The notes under the pieces were generated by a model, which saw only the letters and a program-made list of their open reading frames with translations, had not been told where the DNA came from and made no database searches. A stretch of 52,905 nt of DNA from an uncultured Mycoplasmatota bacterium (GTDB lineage Bacteria > Bacillota_I > Bacilli_A > RF39 > UBA660). Made by a program: the position numbers and the translations under genes. Below, piece after piece: positions 28,419-36,991 of the stretch (position 1 is the stretch's first letter; each line of letters begins with the position of its first letter). The DNA lies in contig CAMNAC010000001.1 in the NCBI GenBank assembly GCA_946530475.1, positions 1-52,905 of the forward strand, written 5' to 3'.

Positions 28419-30347
28419 ATGGAAGAAAAAATAGAACATTATGATGCGTCGGACATCCAAGTATTAGAAGGATTAGAGGCCGTAAGAAAAAGACCAGGTA
28501 TGTATATAGGTACAACAGATGTAAAAGGATTGCATCATTTGGTTTGGGAAATAGTGGATAATTCAATTGATGAAGCTTTAGCTGGATTCTGTAATCATAT
28601 TGAAGTAATTATTAACAAAGATAATTCTATTACAGTAAAAGATAATGGACGTGGAATCCCAGTAGATATCCATCCAAAAACCAAATTATCTACAGTAGAA
28701 ACTGTATATACTGTTCTTCATGCAGGTGGAAAATTTGGTGGAGGAGGGTACAAAGTATCCGGAGGACTACATGGAGTAGGTGCTTCTGTTGTAAATGCCT
28801 TATCCAAATGGGTAGAAGTTACTGTTTATAAAGATGGAAAAGTATATTTTATTCGATTTGAAAATGGTGGACATACAGTAGAGCCTTTAAAAGTAATAGG
28901 AGAATGTGAACCTTCTAGAACTGGAACTTATGTAACATTTAAACCAGATCCAGATATTTTTGATACGGATATCTTTGACTATAATACATTAAGAGTTCGT
29001 ATTCGTGAATTAGCCTTTTTAAATAAAGGCTTAGCACTTACGATTCGTGATGACAGAGATGAAGAAGATACGCAAGGAGAAAAGTTTTTATACGAAGGTG
29101 GTATTAGTGAATATGTAAGATTCATTAACCAAGAAAAAACTCCAATTCATGAAGAAATCATTCATTTAGAAGGAGAAGAAGAAGGCGTATTTTTTGAAGT
29201 CGCAATGCAATATAATACAAGCTATAATGAAAACATTTATTCCTTTGTTAATAATATTAACACACATGATGGAGGAACTCATGAAGAAGGAGTAAAAAGA
29301 GCACTCACTCGTGTCATTAACAGTTATGCAAGAAAGTCTGGGCTTTTAAAGGAAAAAGATGAAGCTTTAAGTGGGGATGATGTTAAAGAAGGTCTTACAA
29401 TGATTATTTCTTGTAAGCATCCTAATCCACAATTTGAGGGTCAAACAAAAGGAAGACTTGGTAATTCAGAAGTTAGAAAACTTGCTGATAATGTATTTTC
29501 AGAAGGATTTGAACGTTTCTTAATGGAACATCCGGAAGCTGCAAAAACAATTGTAAATAAAGCAATGTTAGCTTCTCGTGCAAGAAACGCTGCTAAAAGA
29601 GCGAGAGAAATTACAAGAAAAAGTGAAATGGCAACGACAAATTTCTTTGGAAAATTATCGGATTGTAAGAGTAAAGATCCAAAAGTATCTGAAATCTTTA
29701 TTGTCGAGGGGGATTCTGCAGGAGGTTCTGCAAAAGAAGGTAGAGACTCTATGACGCAAGCAATCTTACCTTTAAGAGGAAAGATTTTAAATGTGGAAAA
29801 AGCAAGATTAGATAGAGCTTTAGGAAATGAAGAAATCAGAACGATTATTACCGCATTTGGTACAGGAATTGGAGATGAATTTGATCTATCGAAATTAAGA
29901 TATGACAAAATCATTATCATGACCGATGCCGATGTGGATGGTTCTCATATACGTGTCCTTCTTTTAACCCTATTTTATCGCTTTTTTAGGCCAATTGTGG
30001 AGGCAGGACATGTCTATGCTGCACAACCACCTTTATTCCGCATTACGCACGGTAAAACGCGAAAATACGTGCTAACAGACGAAGACAAAGTAACTTATTT
30101 AAATAATTTACCAGAAAATGTTAGAAATCGTGCTGAAATTGCTCGTATGAAAGGTCTTGGAGAAATGGATGCAGAAGAGTTAAATGAAACGACTATGGAT
30201 ATTGAAAAAAGAACTCTTCGTAAAATAACCGTCGATGATTGTGTTGCTGCTGATGCTATTTTTGAAAAACTAATGGGGGATGAAGTAGAACCTAGAAGAC
30301 AATTTATTGAAGAAAATGCATTGGATGTACAAAATCTAGATATATAG
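28419..30347 (+). CDS. gyrB: DNA gyrase subunit B
   Basis: [24 protein letters not shown], the Toprim motif [15 protein letters not shown] and the [12 protein letters not shown] motif are present. Confidence 0.97.
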   Translation: MEEKIEHYDASDIQVLEGLEAVRKRPGMYIGTTDVKGLHHLVWEIVDNSIDEALAGFCNHIEVIINKDNSITVKDNGRGIPVDIHPKTKLSTVETVYTVLHAGGKFGGGGYKVSGGLHGVGASVVNALSKWVEVTVYKDGKVYFIRFENGGHTVEPLKVIGECEPSRTGTYVTFKPDPDIFDTDIFDYNTLRVRIRELAFLNKGLALTIRDDRDEEDTQGEKFLYEGGISEYVRFINQEKTPIHEEIIHLEGEEEGVFFEVAMQYNTSYNENIYSFVNNINTHDGGTHEEGVKRALTRVINSYARKSGLLKEKDEALSGDDVKEGLTMIISCKHPNPQFEGQTKGRLGNSEVRKLADNVFSEGFERFLMEHPEAAKTIVNKAMLASRARNAAKRAREITRKSEMATTNFFGKLSDCKSKDPKVSEIFIVEGDSAGGSAKEGRDSMTQAILPLRGKILNVEKARLDRALGNEEIRTIITAFGTGIGDEFDLSKLRYDKIIIMTDADVDGSHIRVLLLTLFYRFFRPIVEAGHVYAAQPPLFRITHGKTRKYVLTDEDKVTYLNNLPENVRNRAEIARMKGLGEMDAEELNETTMDIEKRTLRKITVDDCVAADAIFEKLMGDEVEPRRQFIEENALDVQNLDI

Positions 30348-30357
30348 GAGGTAACTT

Positions 30358-32844
30358 ATGGAAGAAGAAAATAAAACAAATGAATTTGGTGGCACCTTTC
30401 ATGAAAGAGATAGTCACTTAGAAAATAACATTGTAGATGAAGTTAAAAAATCTTTCTTGGATTATTCCATGAGTGTTATTACAGCCCGTGCGATTCCTGA
30501 TTTAAGAGATGGATTAAAACCGGTTCATAGAAGAATATTATGGACGATGTTTGAAGAAGGAAATACTCCTGATAAGCCTCATAAAAAATCAGCAACTACA
30601 GTTGGTGCTGTAATGGGTAGATACCATCCACATGGAGATAGTTCCATTTATGATGCCATGGTTCGTTTAGCGCAAAGCTTTAACCAAAGACATACTTTAG
30701 TAGATGGACATGGTAACTTTGGTAACATTGATGGTGATGGAGCTGCTGCATATCGTTATACAGAAGCAAGATTATCTAAGATTTCCTTAGAATTACTGAG
30801 AGATATTCGTAAGGAAACCGTTGATATGGATGATAACTTTGATGAATCATGCAAAGAACCACATGTTTTACCATCAAGATTTCCTAATATTTTGGTAAAT
30901 GGTTCTATGGGAATTGCAGTTGGTATGGCAACTAATATTCCACCTCATAATTTAGGAGAAGTAATCGATGGATGTGTTGCATACATAGATAATCCTGACA
31001 TTGATACATTAGGGTTAATGCAATATATTAAAGGGCCTGATTTTCCAACAGGAGCAGTTATTTTAGGTAACTCTGGTATTAAAAAGGCTTATGAAACAGG
31101 TAGAGGAAGTATTACAATTCGTTCTCGTGCTGTGATTGAAGAAGTTGGAAATCACAATCAAATTATATTTACTGAAGTTCCATATGGAGTAAATACTTCA
31201 GAATTAAAAAACAAAGTTGCAGAATTAGTTAGAGATAAAGTAATTGATGGAATTACTGATTACCATACGGATTTAAAAAATGGAGTTAAAATTACAATTA
31301 CTTTAAAGAAAGATTCTAATCCACAGGTTGTTTTAAATAACTTATATAAGCATACAAATTTTCAAATGAATTATGGAATTATATTCTTAATGCTAGATAA
31401 TGGTACTCCAAGAACACTTGGATTAAAAGATATTATTTCAAAATACATCGATTATCAAAAAGAAGTTATTATTAGAAGAACTCGCTTTGATTTAAAAAAA
31501 GATGAAGAAAGAGTTCATATTTTAGAAGGTTATAAAATAGCCTTAGATAATATCGATGAAGTTGTAAAAATTATTCGTAATGCGAATGATGATGAAGAAG
31601 CTAGAACAAATTTAATGAATCGATTTAATCTTACAGAAATTCAAGCAAATGCGATTCTAGAACTTAGATTACGTCGTTTAACTGGATTAGAAAGAGATAA
31701 AATTGAATCGGAATTAGCAGCATTATTAAAAGAAATTGAAGAATTAAAAGCTATTTTGGCGTCTGAACAAAAAGTATTGGATATCATTAAGAAAGAAATG
31801 CTTGAAATCAAAGAAAAATATGCAGACGAAAGACGTACAGAAATTGATATGACCGCAATTGATTATATTGAAGATGAAGCTTTAATTCCAAATGAAAAAG
31901 TAATTATCGCAATGACTGAAAAAGGTTATATTAAGAGAATGACTGTAGATACTTATAAAACTCAAAATAGAGGTGGTGTAGGTATCAAAGGTATGACTAC
32001 AAATGAAGAAGATTTTGTCGAACATATGATTGATATGAAGACTCACGATTACATCTTATTCTTTAGCAACAAAGGTAAAGTATATCGTATGAAAGGGTAT
32101 GAAGTTCCTCAATTTAGTAGGCAATCAAAAGGACTTCCTATCATTAATTTATTGCCATTAGAAAAAGAAGAAGTGATTCGTACAATTCTTAAGGTTGAAA
32201 CAGAAGATCCTAATAAATATTTGGTATTCTGTACAACAAATGGATTAGTTAAGAGAACTCAAGTTTCTGAATTTGAGAACATTCGTACGAGCGGTAAGAT
32301 TGCAATTTCATTAAAAGATAATGACGAACTATTAGCAGTTAGAAAGACTACAGGAAGCAATGAAATCTTAATTGCATCTTCGAATGGTAGAATGATCCAT
32401 TTCGATGAAAATGAAATAAGAGTTATGGGTAGAACAGCATCTGGAGTTCGCGGTATAGAAGTTGGTGATGGAAAAGCTGTTGGATGTGAAATAGCTGAAC
32501 CAAGTCAAAAAATTGTAATTGTTACTGAAAAAGGTTATGGAAAACAAACAAATTTGGATGAATATCGAATGACTCATAGGGGTAGTAAAGGTGTTAAAGC
32601 ACTTAATATTACAGAAAAGAATGGTAATATTGTTTCATTTAAAACAACAAAAGGTAATGAAGACTTAATGATTATTACAAATAGTGGTGTAATTATTCGT
32701 TTACCTTTAGCACAAGTTTCTACTACTGGAAGAGTTGCTCAAGGAGTTCGATTAATTCATTTAAAAGATGATCAGAGTGTTAGTAGTGTGGCATTACTCG
32801 AAAAAGAAGAACTTCAAGATGAACAAAATGAAGAAAAAGACTAA
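30358..32844 (+). CDS. gyrA: DNA gyrase subunit A
   Basis: FLDYSMSVITARAIPDLRDGLKPVHRRILW, the QRDR region GRYHPHGDSSIYDAMVRLAQ and the C-terminal beta-pinwheel repeats are present. Confidence 0.97.
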   Translation: MEEENKTNEFGGTFHERDSHLENNIVDEVKKSFLDYSMSVITARAIPDLRDGLKPVHRRILWTMFEEGNTPDKPHKKSATTVGAVMGRYHPHGDSSIYDAMVRLAQSFNQRHTLVDGHGNFGNIDGDGAAAYRYTEARLSKISLELLRDIRKETVDMDDNFDESCKEPHVLPSRFPNILVNGSMGIAVGMATNIPPHNLGEVIDGCVAYIDNPDIDTLGLMQYIKGPDFPTGAVILGNSGIKKAYETGRGSITIRSRAVIEEVGNHNQIIFTEVPYGVNTSELKNKVAELVRDKVIDGITDYHTDLKNGVKITITLKKDSNPQVVLNNLYKHTNFQMNYGIIFLMLDNGTPRTLGLKDIISKYIDYQKEVIIRRTRFDLKKDEERVHILEGYKIALDNIDEVVKIIRNANDDEEARTNLMNRFNLTEIQANAILELRLRRLTGLERDKIESELAALLKEIEELKAILASEQKVLDIIKKEMLEIKEKYADERRTEIDMTAIDYIEDEALIPNEKVIIAMTEKGYIKRMTVDTYKTQNRGGVGIKGMTTNEEDFVEHMIDMKTHDYILFFSNKGKVYRMKGYEVPQFSRQSKGLPIINLLPLEKEEVIRTILKVETEDPNKYLVFCTTNGLVKRTQVSEFENIRTSGKIAISLKDNDELLAVRKTTGSNEILIASSNGRMIHFDENEIRVMGRTASGVRGIEVGDGKAVGCEIAEPSQKIVIVTEKGYGKQTNLDEYRMTHRGSKGVKALNITEKNGNIVSFKTTKGNEDLMIITNSGVIIRLPLAQVSTTGRVAQGVRLIHLKDDQSVSSVALLEKEELQDEQNEEKD

Positions 32845-32859
32845 TTATTAGTCTTTTTT
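32834..32859 (+). terminator. Rho-independent terminator after gyrA
   Basis: The palindrome AAAAAGACTAAT / ATTAGTCTTTTT encloses the stop codon and is followed by a T-run. Confidence 0.65.
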
Positions 32860-32946
32860 ATTGTCTGGGAAATAAACAAAATGCTAACGAATTAATTTTG
32901 GGAAATATTTTATATATAACATTGTATTTAGTTATTAAATTAGCGT

Positions 32947-33064
32947 ATGTTTCACGTGGAACTATGAAATTTTGTTGTTATGTTCCACGTGAAACTATAA
33001 AAGTATATCACTATGTTCCACGTGAAACTATAAAAGTATATCACTATGTTCCACGTGAAACTAT
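32947..33064. repeat. parS-like site cluster A: 4 copies at exact 33-bp spacing
   Basis: The 19-mers ATGTTYCACGTGRAACTAT lie at 32947-32965 (T/G variant), 32980-32998, 33013-33031 and 33046-33064. The inner 16-mer TGTTCCACGTGAAACT matches the parS consensus TGTTNCACGTGAAACA at 15/16 positions. Copies 2-4 sit in a perfect 33-bp tandem repeat, TATGTTCCACGTGAAACTATAAAAGTATATCAC. Confidence 0.8.
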
Positions 33065-33258
33065 GATTTAACGAATTTAATGTCTATATAAAATTGTAAT
33101 TATATTTGATATTATAATTATTGAGCAAAGCGCATAAATCCTTATTTTATAATGCTTTTATGTACTTACTTATATAATAGCACAACATAATTTAAGATAT
33201 TTTTATCTTAAATAATAAATCAAATTAAATATGCAATCTAATTAGAAATTAATATTTA

Positions 33259-33407
33259 ATGTTCCACGTGAAACTATAATAAACTGAACAATGTTCCACG
33301 TGAAACTATGAAATAATAAGACTATGTTCCACGTGAAACTATATCGCACTGAACAATGTTTCACGTGAAACTATGAAATAATAAGACTATGTTTCACGTG
33401 AAACTAT
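33259..33407. repeat. parS-like site cluster B: 5 copies at alternating 32/33-bp spacing
   Basis: The same 19-mer lies at 33259-33277, 33291-33309, 33324-33342, 33356-33374 and 33389-33407. The last two copies are the perfectly palindromic GTTTCACGTGAAAC variant. Copies 6-9 lie in a 65-bp tandem duplication. Confidence 0.8.
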
Positions 33408-33500
33408 ATTAATAATTAAATTTTGAAACAAATCTGTGTTTGTAAATAATGAAAAAAATATAAAATAATGAATTTAATAAAATAATTACAAAACATAACC

Positions 33501-33520
33501 AATATTTCCCGGGAAATATT
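33501..33520. promoter_or_regulatory. Perfect 20-bp palindrome containing an NBS (AATATTTCCCGGGAAATATT)
   Basis: The core TATTTCCCGGGAAATA lies at 33503-33518 and is identical to the copies at 19481 and 41100. Confidence 0.65.
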
Positions 33521-33565
33521 TGAAAACTATTGATTTTGTTTAAAAAATAGTGTATTTTATTAATT

Positions 33566-33640
33566 GACACAACATTTATGTATGAACCAGGTCAGAGTTG
33601 GAAGACAGCAGCCTTAAATACCTCTAAGTGTGTGTGTCAT
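33566..33640 (+). ncRNA. ffs: Small (4.5S-type) signal recognition particle RNA
   Basis: AACCAGGTCAGAGTTGGAAGACAGCAGCC matches the conserved domain IV of E. coli 4.5S RNA (ACCAGGUCAGGUCCGGAAGGAAGCAGCC), including the GGAA tetraloop. The 5' arm GACACAACATTTA pairs with the 3' arm TAAGTGTGTGTGTC to form one long hairpin, which is followed by a T-run. A possible promoter is TTGATT (33530) -17 nt- TATTTT (33553). The ends are approximate. Confidence 0.65.
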
Positions 33641-33657
33641 TTTTTTATGGTGATGTT

Positions 33658-34101
33658 ATGAATAAGTATATGGAAGAAGCTTTGAATGAGGCATATAAAT
33701 CCTTTAAAAAAGGTGATGTTCCAGTTGGAGCAGTGATTGTTAAAAATGGAAAGATAATTGCAAGAGCATATAATAAAAAAGAAAAAAAACAAGTCGCTAC
33801 GAAACATGCCGAAATAATTGCAATTGAAAAGGCCTGTAAGAAATTACACAATTGGCATTTGGATGGATGCGAATTATATGTAACTTTAGAACCTTGCTTG
33901 ATGTGTGCTGGAGCAATTATACAGAGTCGAATTTCAAAATTAGTATATGCGACTTCAAATGAAAAATTTGGCTTTGTTGAAAGCATAGATCATGTATTAG
34001 ATAATAAAAAAAATAATCATCATGTGGAAATCATTAAAGGAATTTGCGAAAAAGAAAGCCAAAAATTGTTAAAGAATTTTTTTAAAAATAAGAGAAGTTA
34101 A
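33658..34101 (+). CDS. tadA: tRNA-specific adenosine deaminase TadA
   Basis: The track ORF starts at GTG 33628, inside the SRP RNA. The ATG at 33658 (MNKYMEEALNEA) follows a GGTGA RBS. The CDA zinc motifs HAEIIAI and PCLMCAGA are present. Confidence 0.9.
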   Translation: MNKYMEEALNEAYKSFKKGDVPVGAVIVKNGKIIARAYNKKEKKQVATKHAEIIAIEKACKKLHNWHLDGCELYVTLEPCLMCAGAIIQSRISKLVYATSNEKFGFVESIDHVLDNKKNNHHVEIIKGICEKESQKLLKNFFKNKRS

Positions 34102-34163
34102 TGTGATTAACTTCTTTTAATATATAAGGAAAAATGGTATAATTATTACATGAGGTGATGCTG

Positions 34164-35825
34164 ATGTATCAAGCACTTTATCGTAAATATCGTCCCTCTA
34201 CTTTTGAAGATGTAATAGGACAAGATGTGATTGTAAAGACATTAAAAAATGAAATTTCAAATAATCATATTAGTCATGCTTATTTATTTACAGGCCCAAG
34301 GGGAACAGGAAAAACAAGTATTGCCAAGATTCTAGCAAAGACAGTAAACTGTGAACACTTAAATGGATCCCAACCATGCGAAGTTTGTGTAAGTTGTACA
34401 CAAATTAACAATAGACAGACAACAGATATAATTGAAATTGATGCAGCAAGTAATAATGGGGTAGATGAAATAAGAGAATTAAAAAGTAAAGTTAATTTAG
34501 TACCTTCTACAAGTAAATACAAAGTATATATTATTGATGAAGTTCATATGCTAACAACTGGTGCATTTAATGCATTATTAAAAACATTAGAAGAACCGCC
34601 ATCACATATTATTTTTATACTTGCTACAACGGATCCTCATAAAATACCTTCTACGATTCTATCAAGATGTCAACGCTTTGATTTTAAAAAAATAAGTGAT
34701 AAAAAGATTGTAGAAAGATTAAAATATATTGTAAAAAAAGAAAAGATAAACATTGAAGAAGATGCACTTTATGAGATTGCAAGATTATCAGATGGTGGAA
34801 TGAGAGATTCCATAAGTATGTTAGACCAAGTTTTAGCTTTTTCTGAAAGCACGATTACAGTAAAAGAAGTGCACGAGGTAAATGGAACTTTATCTCAATA
34901 TGAAATGCAAAATTTTATGGAAGATTTATCTCAAAATAACATTCAAAATATATTGAACAAGATAGATGAATGGGATGAGAGTGGAAAGAACTTTGTAAAA
35001 ATAACGGAAGAGATTATTTTGTTTTTAAAAAATATGATTCTCTTTCAAACAGTTCCTGATTATTTAAAAGAAAGTAGAGGAACTTTAGAACCTTATAGTT
35101 CTATGAAAAACACACCGTCAACCGAAGTATTATTAAAAAATGTTGATCTATTTTATCAATCACTTGATAAATTAAAACGTTCAAGTAATTCCAAACTTAT
35201 GTTAGAATTAACCATTTTATCTTTAACAAATTATGAAAAAAAAGAACTACCAAAGACTATTGAAAAAGCAACGAAAGAAGAAAAAGTAGAAGAACAAATA
35301 GAACCAAAAAAACAAGTAGAAAAACAAGTGATTCATAAAAAACAAATTAAGGTAGGTCAAGAAAAAGAATTTCAAAACTTAATTGTAATGAGAATAAATA
35401 ATGCACTTGCAGGTTTTAGCAGGAAAGAAGTTATGGAATTTAAGAAAAAAGAAGATTTACTTCATAACTATTTATTAGATTCAGATAAAAGTAAATATGT
35501 TTCCTTAATATTTGATGGAACATTGAAAGCAGTTGGAAATCATACATTAATCTATGTGTTTTCCAATGAATCCATTTCTAATTTATTTAATGAATCTATA
35601 CCAAAAATTGATGAAATAATTAGTTTAGCTTTTGAAGAACCATTCCATGCTGTATCTACTTATGCAGAAAAATGGGATGAAATAAAAAATGATTTTAACA
35701 ATAAGAAAAAGAGTTATCAATACATAGAAGAACAGATTGACCTAAATAGTATATTTGAGTCATCAGAAAAAAAAGAGTCTGATGAAATGCAAAATCTATT
35801 TGGTGAAATAGTAGAATATCAATAA
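34164..35825 (+). CDS. dnaX: DNA polymerase III subunit gamma/tau
   Basis: The preferred start is MYQALYRKYRP, 8 nt after a GAGG RBS. The Walker A motif GPRGTGKTS, a Zn module (CEHLNGSQPCEVCVSC) and SRCQRFDF are present. Confidence 0.93.
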   Translation: MYQALYRKYRPSTFEDVIGQDVIVKTLKNEISNNHISHAYLFTGPRGTGKTSIAKILAKTVNCEHLNGSQPCEVCVSCTQINNRQTTDIIEIDAASNNGVDEIRELKSKVNLVPSTSKYKVYIIDEVHMLTTGAFNALLKTLEEPPSHIIFILATTDPHKIPSTILSRCQRFDFKKISDKKIVERLKYIVKKEKINIEEDALYEIARLSDGGMRDSISMLDQVLAFSESTITVKEVHEVNGTLSQYEMQNFMEDLSQNNIQNILNKIDEWDESGKNFVKITEEIILFLKNMILFQTVPDYLKESRGTLEPYSSMKNTPSTEVLLKNVDLFYQSLDKLKRSSNSKLMLELTILSLTNYEKKELPKTIEKATKEEKVEEQIEPKKQVEKQVIHKKQIKVGQEKEFQNLIVMRINNALAGFSRKEVMEFKKKEDLLHNYLLDSDKSKYVSLIFDGTLKAVGNHTLIYVFSNESISNLFNESIPKIDEIISLAFEEPFHAVSTYAEKWDEIKNDFNNKKKSYQYIEEQIDLNSIFESSEKKESDEMQNLFGEIVEYQ

Positions 35826-35844
35826 AAAGAAAGAAGGAATAATT

Positions 35845-36141
35845 ATGAATATGCAAGCTATGCTTAAACAAGCACAAAAATTACAAAAAGATATGATGAA
35901 TGAGAAGGCAAAAATTGATGAAACAATTTTTACTGGGAAATCTTCATTTGTTACAATCGAAATGAACGGAAAAAAAGAAGTGGTAAGTGTTAAAATTGAT
36001 GCAGAATCAATTGAAAAAGATGATATTGAAATGCTCCAAGATATGATTTTAGTTGCTACAAATGATGCAGTAAAACAAATTGATACTGAAACTGAGAAAA
36101 AAATGGGTAGATTTACGCAAGGAATGCCAGGATTATTTTAA
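35845..36141 (+). CDS. ybaB: Nucleoid-associated protein YbaB/EbfC
   Basis: The protein is 98 aa and contains MLKQAQKLQKDM and a C-terminal GMPGLF. The dnaX-ybaB-recR synteny is conserved. Confidence 0.9.
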   Translation: MNMQAMLKQAQKLQKDMMNEKAKIDETIFTGKSSFVTIEMNGKKEVVSVKIDAESIEKDDIEMLQDMILVATNDAVKQIDTETEKKMGRFTQGMPGLF

Positions 36142-36143
36142 TT

Positions 36144-36752
36144 ATGAAAAATTATCCAAAAACAATTAGTAATTTAATTGAATGTTTTCGAAAACTACCT
36201 GGTATAGGAGAAAAGACAGCAGAAAGACTTGCTCTTTCCGTTTTAGAGTTAGATGATAATGTTACAGAATTGTTTTCTGATTCCATAAAAGATATTAAAA
36301 AGAAAATTAGAAGATGTAAGATTTGTAATAATTTGTCAGAAGAAGAAACATGTGATTTATGTAAGGATTCCTCTAGAAACCATGAAATTATTTGTGTAGT
36401 GGAAGAACCGAAAAACGTTGTATCCATTGAAAAAGTAGGAACTTATCATGGAGATTATCACGTATTAGATGGACTTATTTCACCATTAGATGGAGTAAAT
36501 CCAGAAGATATTAATATTGATTCTTTAATAAAAAGAATCGAAAGTCACCCAGTAAAAGAAGTAATTATAGCGGTAAAACCAAGTATCGAAGGGGAAACAA
36601 CTGCTTTATATATTAAGAAAAAACTAGAAGGATTTCCTGTAATTGTATCAAAAATCGCACATGGAGTTCCTGTTGGAATTGATATGGATTATATAGATGC
36701 ACTTACATTGGAAACAGCATTAGAAGATCGTAAAAAAATTTCAGAATCATAA
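36144..36752 (+). CDS. recR: Recombination protein RecR
   Basis: LIECFRKLPGIGEKTAERLA (HhH), the C4 zinc finger CKICNNLSEEETCDLC and a Toprim domain are present. Confidence 0.95.
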   Translation: MKNYPKTISNLIECFRKLPGIGEKTAERLALSVLELDDNVTELFSDSIKDIKKKIRRCKICNNLSEEETCDLCKDSSRNHEIICVVEEPKNVVSIEKVGTYHGDYHVLDGLISPLDGVNPEDINIDSLIKRIESHPVKEVIIAVKPSIEGETTALYIKKKLEGFPVIVSKIAHGVPVGIDMDYIDALTLETALEDRKKISES

Positions 36753-36791
36753 GTATAAGAGTCTCTCATAAAATATATTGAGGGGACTTTT

Positions 36792-36980
36792 ATGTTGAAA
36801 AATATAATTACATTATTAAAAAAAACAGTATTTAGTTTTTTACTTTTATATGGATTTAATCTTGTGATGATGCCATTAAATTTAACAATACCGATTAATA
36901 TCATTACAGTAACGTCAATTGTAATTTTAGGATTTCCATCATTACTTGGTTTTATTGTAATTTTACTTGTTCTATATTGA
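36792..36980 (+). CDS. Small two-helix membrane protein, BofA-like (pro-sigmaK processing inhibitor family)
   Basis: The protein is 62 aa with two hydrophobic helices and a GFPSLLG motif. Its position after recR matches bofA in Bacillus. The assignment is tentative. Confidence 0.45.
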   Translation: MLKNIITLLKKTVFSFLLLYGFNLVMMPLNLTIPINIITVTSIVILGFPSLLGFIVILLVLY

Positions 36981-36991
36981 GGAAGTGATTT

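Noticed and set aside
29441-29920. A 159-aa minus-strand ORF lies inside gyrB. Similar antisense or overlapping track ORFs occur at 675-872, 826-1134, 924-1109, 2152-2364, 3162-3347, 4045-4254, 15160-15354, 18649-18840, 19212-19445 and 26309-26584. Others occur at 27873-28172, 28303-28566, 32368-32577, 33645-33986, 34280-34522, 36152-36427, 42284-42475, 49225-49533 and 52035-52421.
   Set aside because: All lie entirely within, and antisense or out of frame to, strongly supported conserved genes. They have low-complexity, hydrophobic or Ser/Phe/Leu/Ile-rich translations typical of shadow ORFs, and they lack RBS motifs.
33065-33258. The AT-rich spacer between the parS clusters could be a second DNA-unwinding element or an accessory origin.
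   Set aside because: It contains no DnaA boxes, and the bona fide box clusters flank dnaA 9 kb away. It is retained only as a low-interest structural observation.
32947-33407. The regularly spaced 19-bp repeats with a 32-33 bp period could be read as a small CRISPR array.
   Set aside because: The sequences between the repeats are only 13-14 bp long and are themselves repeated (AAAAGTATATCAC; GAAATAATAAGAC). The repeat is an almost exact parS palindrome. No cas genes or leader are nearby.
32947-33407. The CACGTG cores could be operators for an ordinary transcription factor regulating tadA/ffs or a downstream gene.
   Set aside because: The full 16-mer matches parS at 15/16 positions, far beyond the hexamer. 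Nine phased copies spread over 460 bp, more than 150 bp from the nearest promoter, do not resemble an operator layout. This alternative is kept only as the refutation route in the parS finding.
32845-33627. An rRNA operon or tRNA genes were expected downstream of gyrA, as is common in Firmicutes.
   Set aside because: I saw no GC-rich structured segment, no tRNA-like T-arm (GGTTCGAATCC type) and no 16S leader. The only structured RNA signal is the SRP RNA at 33566-33640.
35236-35243. An A8 run (G AAA AAA AAG context, heptamer A AAA AAA in the zero frame) lies in dnaX at about residue 358. It could be a gamma/tau frameshift or transcriptional slippage site.
   Set aside because: A-runs of this length are common throughout this AT-rich sequence. 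The -1 frame continues for about 17 codons rather than stopping at once. B. subtilis-type dnaX genes are not known to frameshift. No downstream stimulatory hairpin is obvious.
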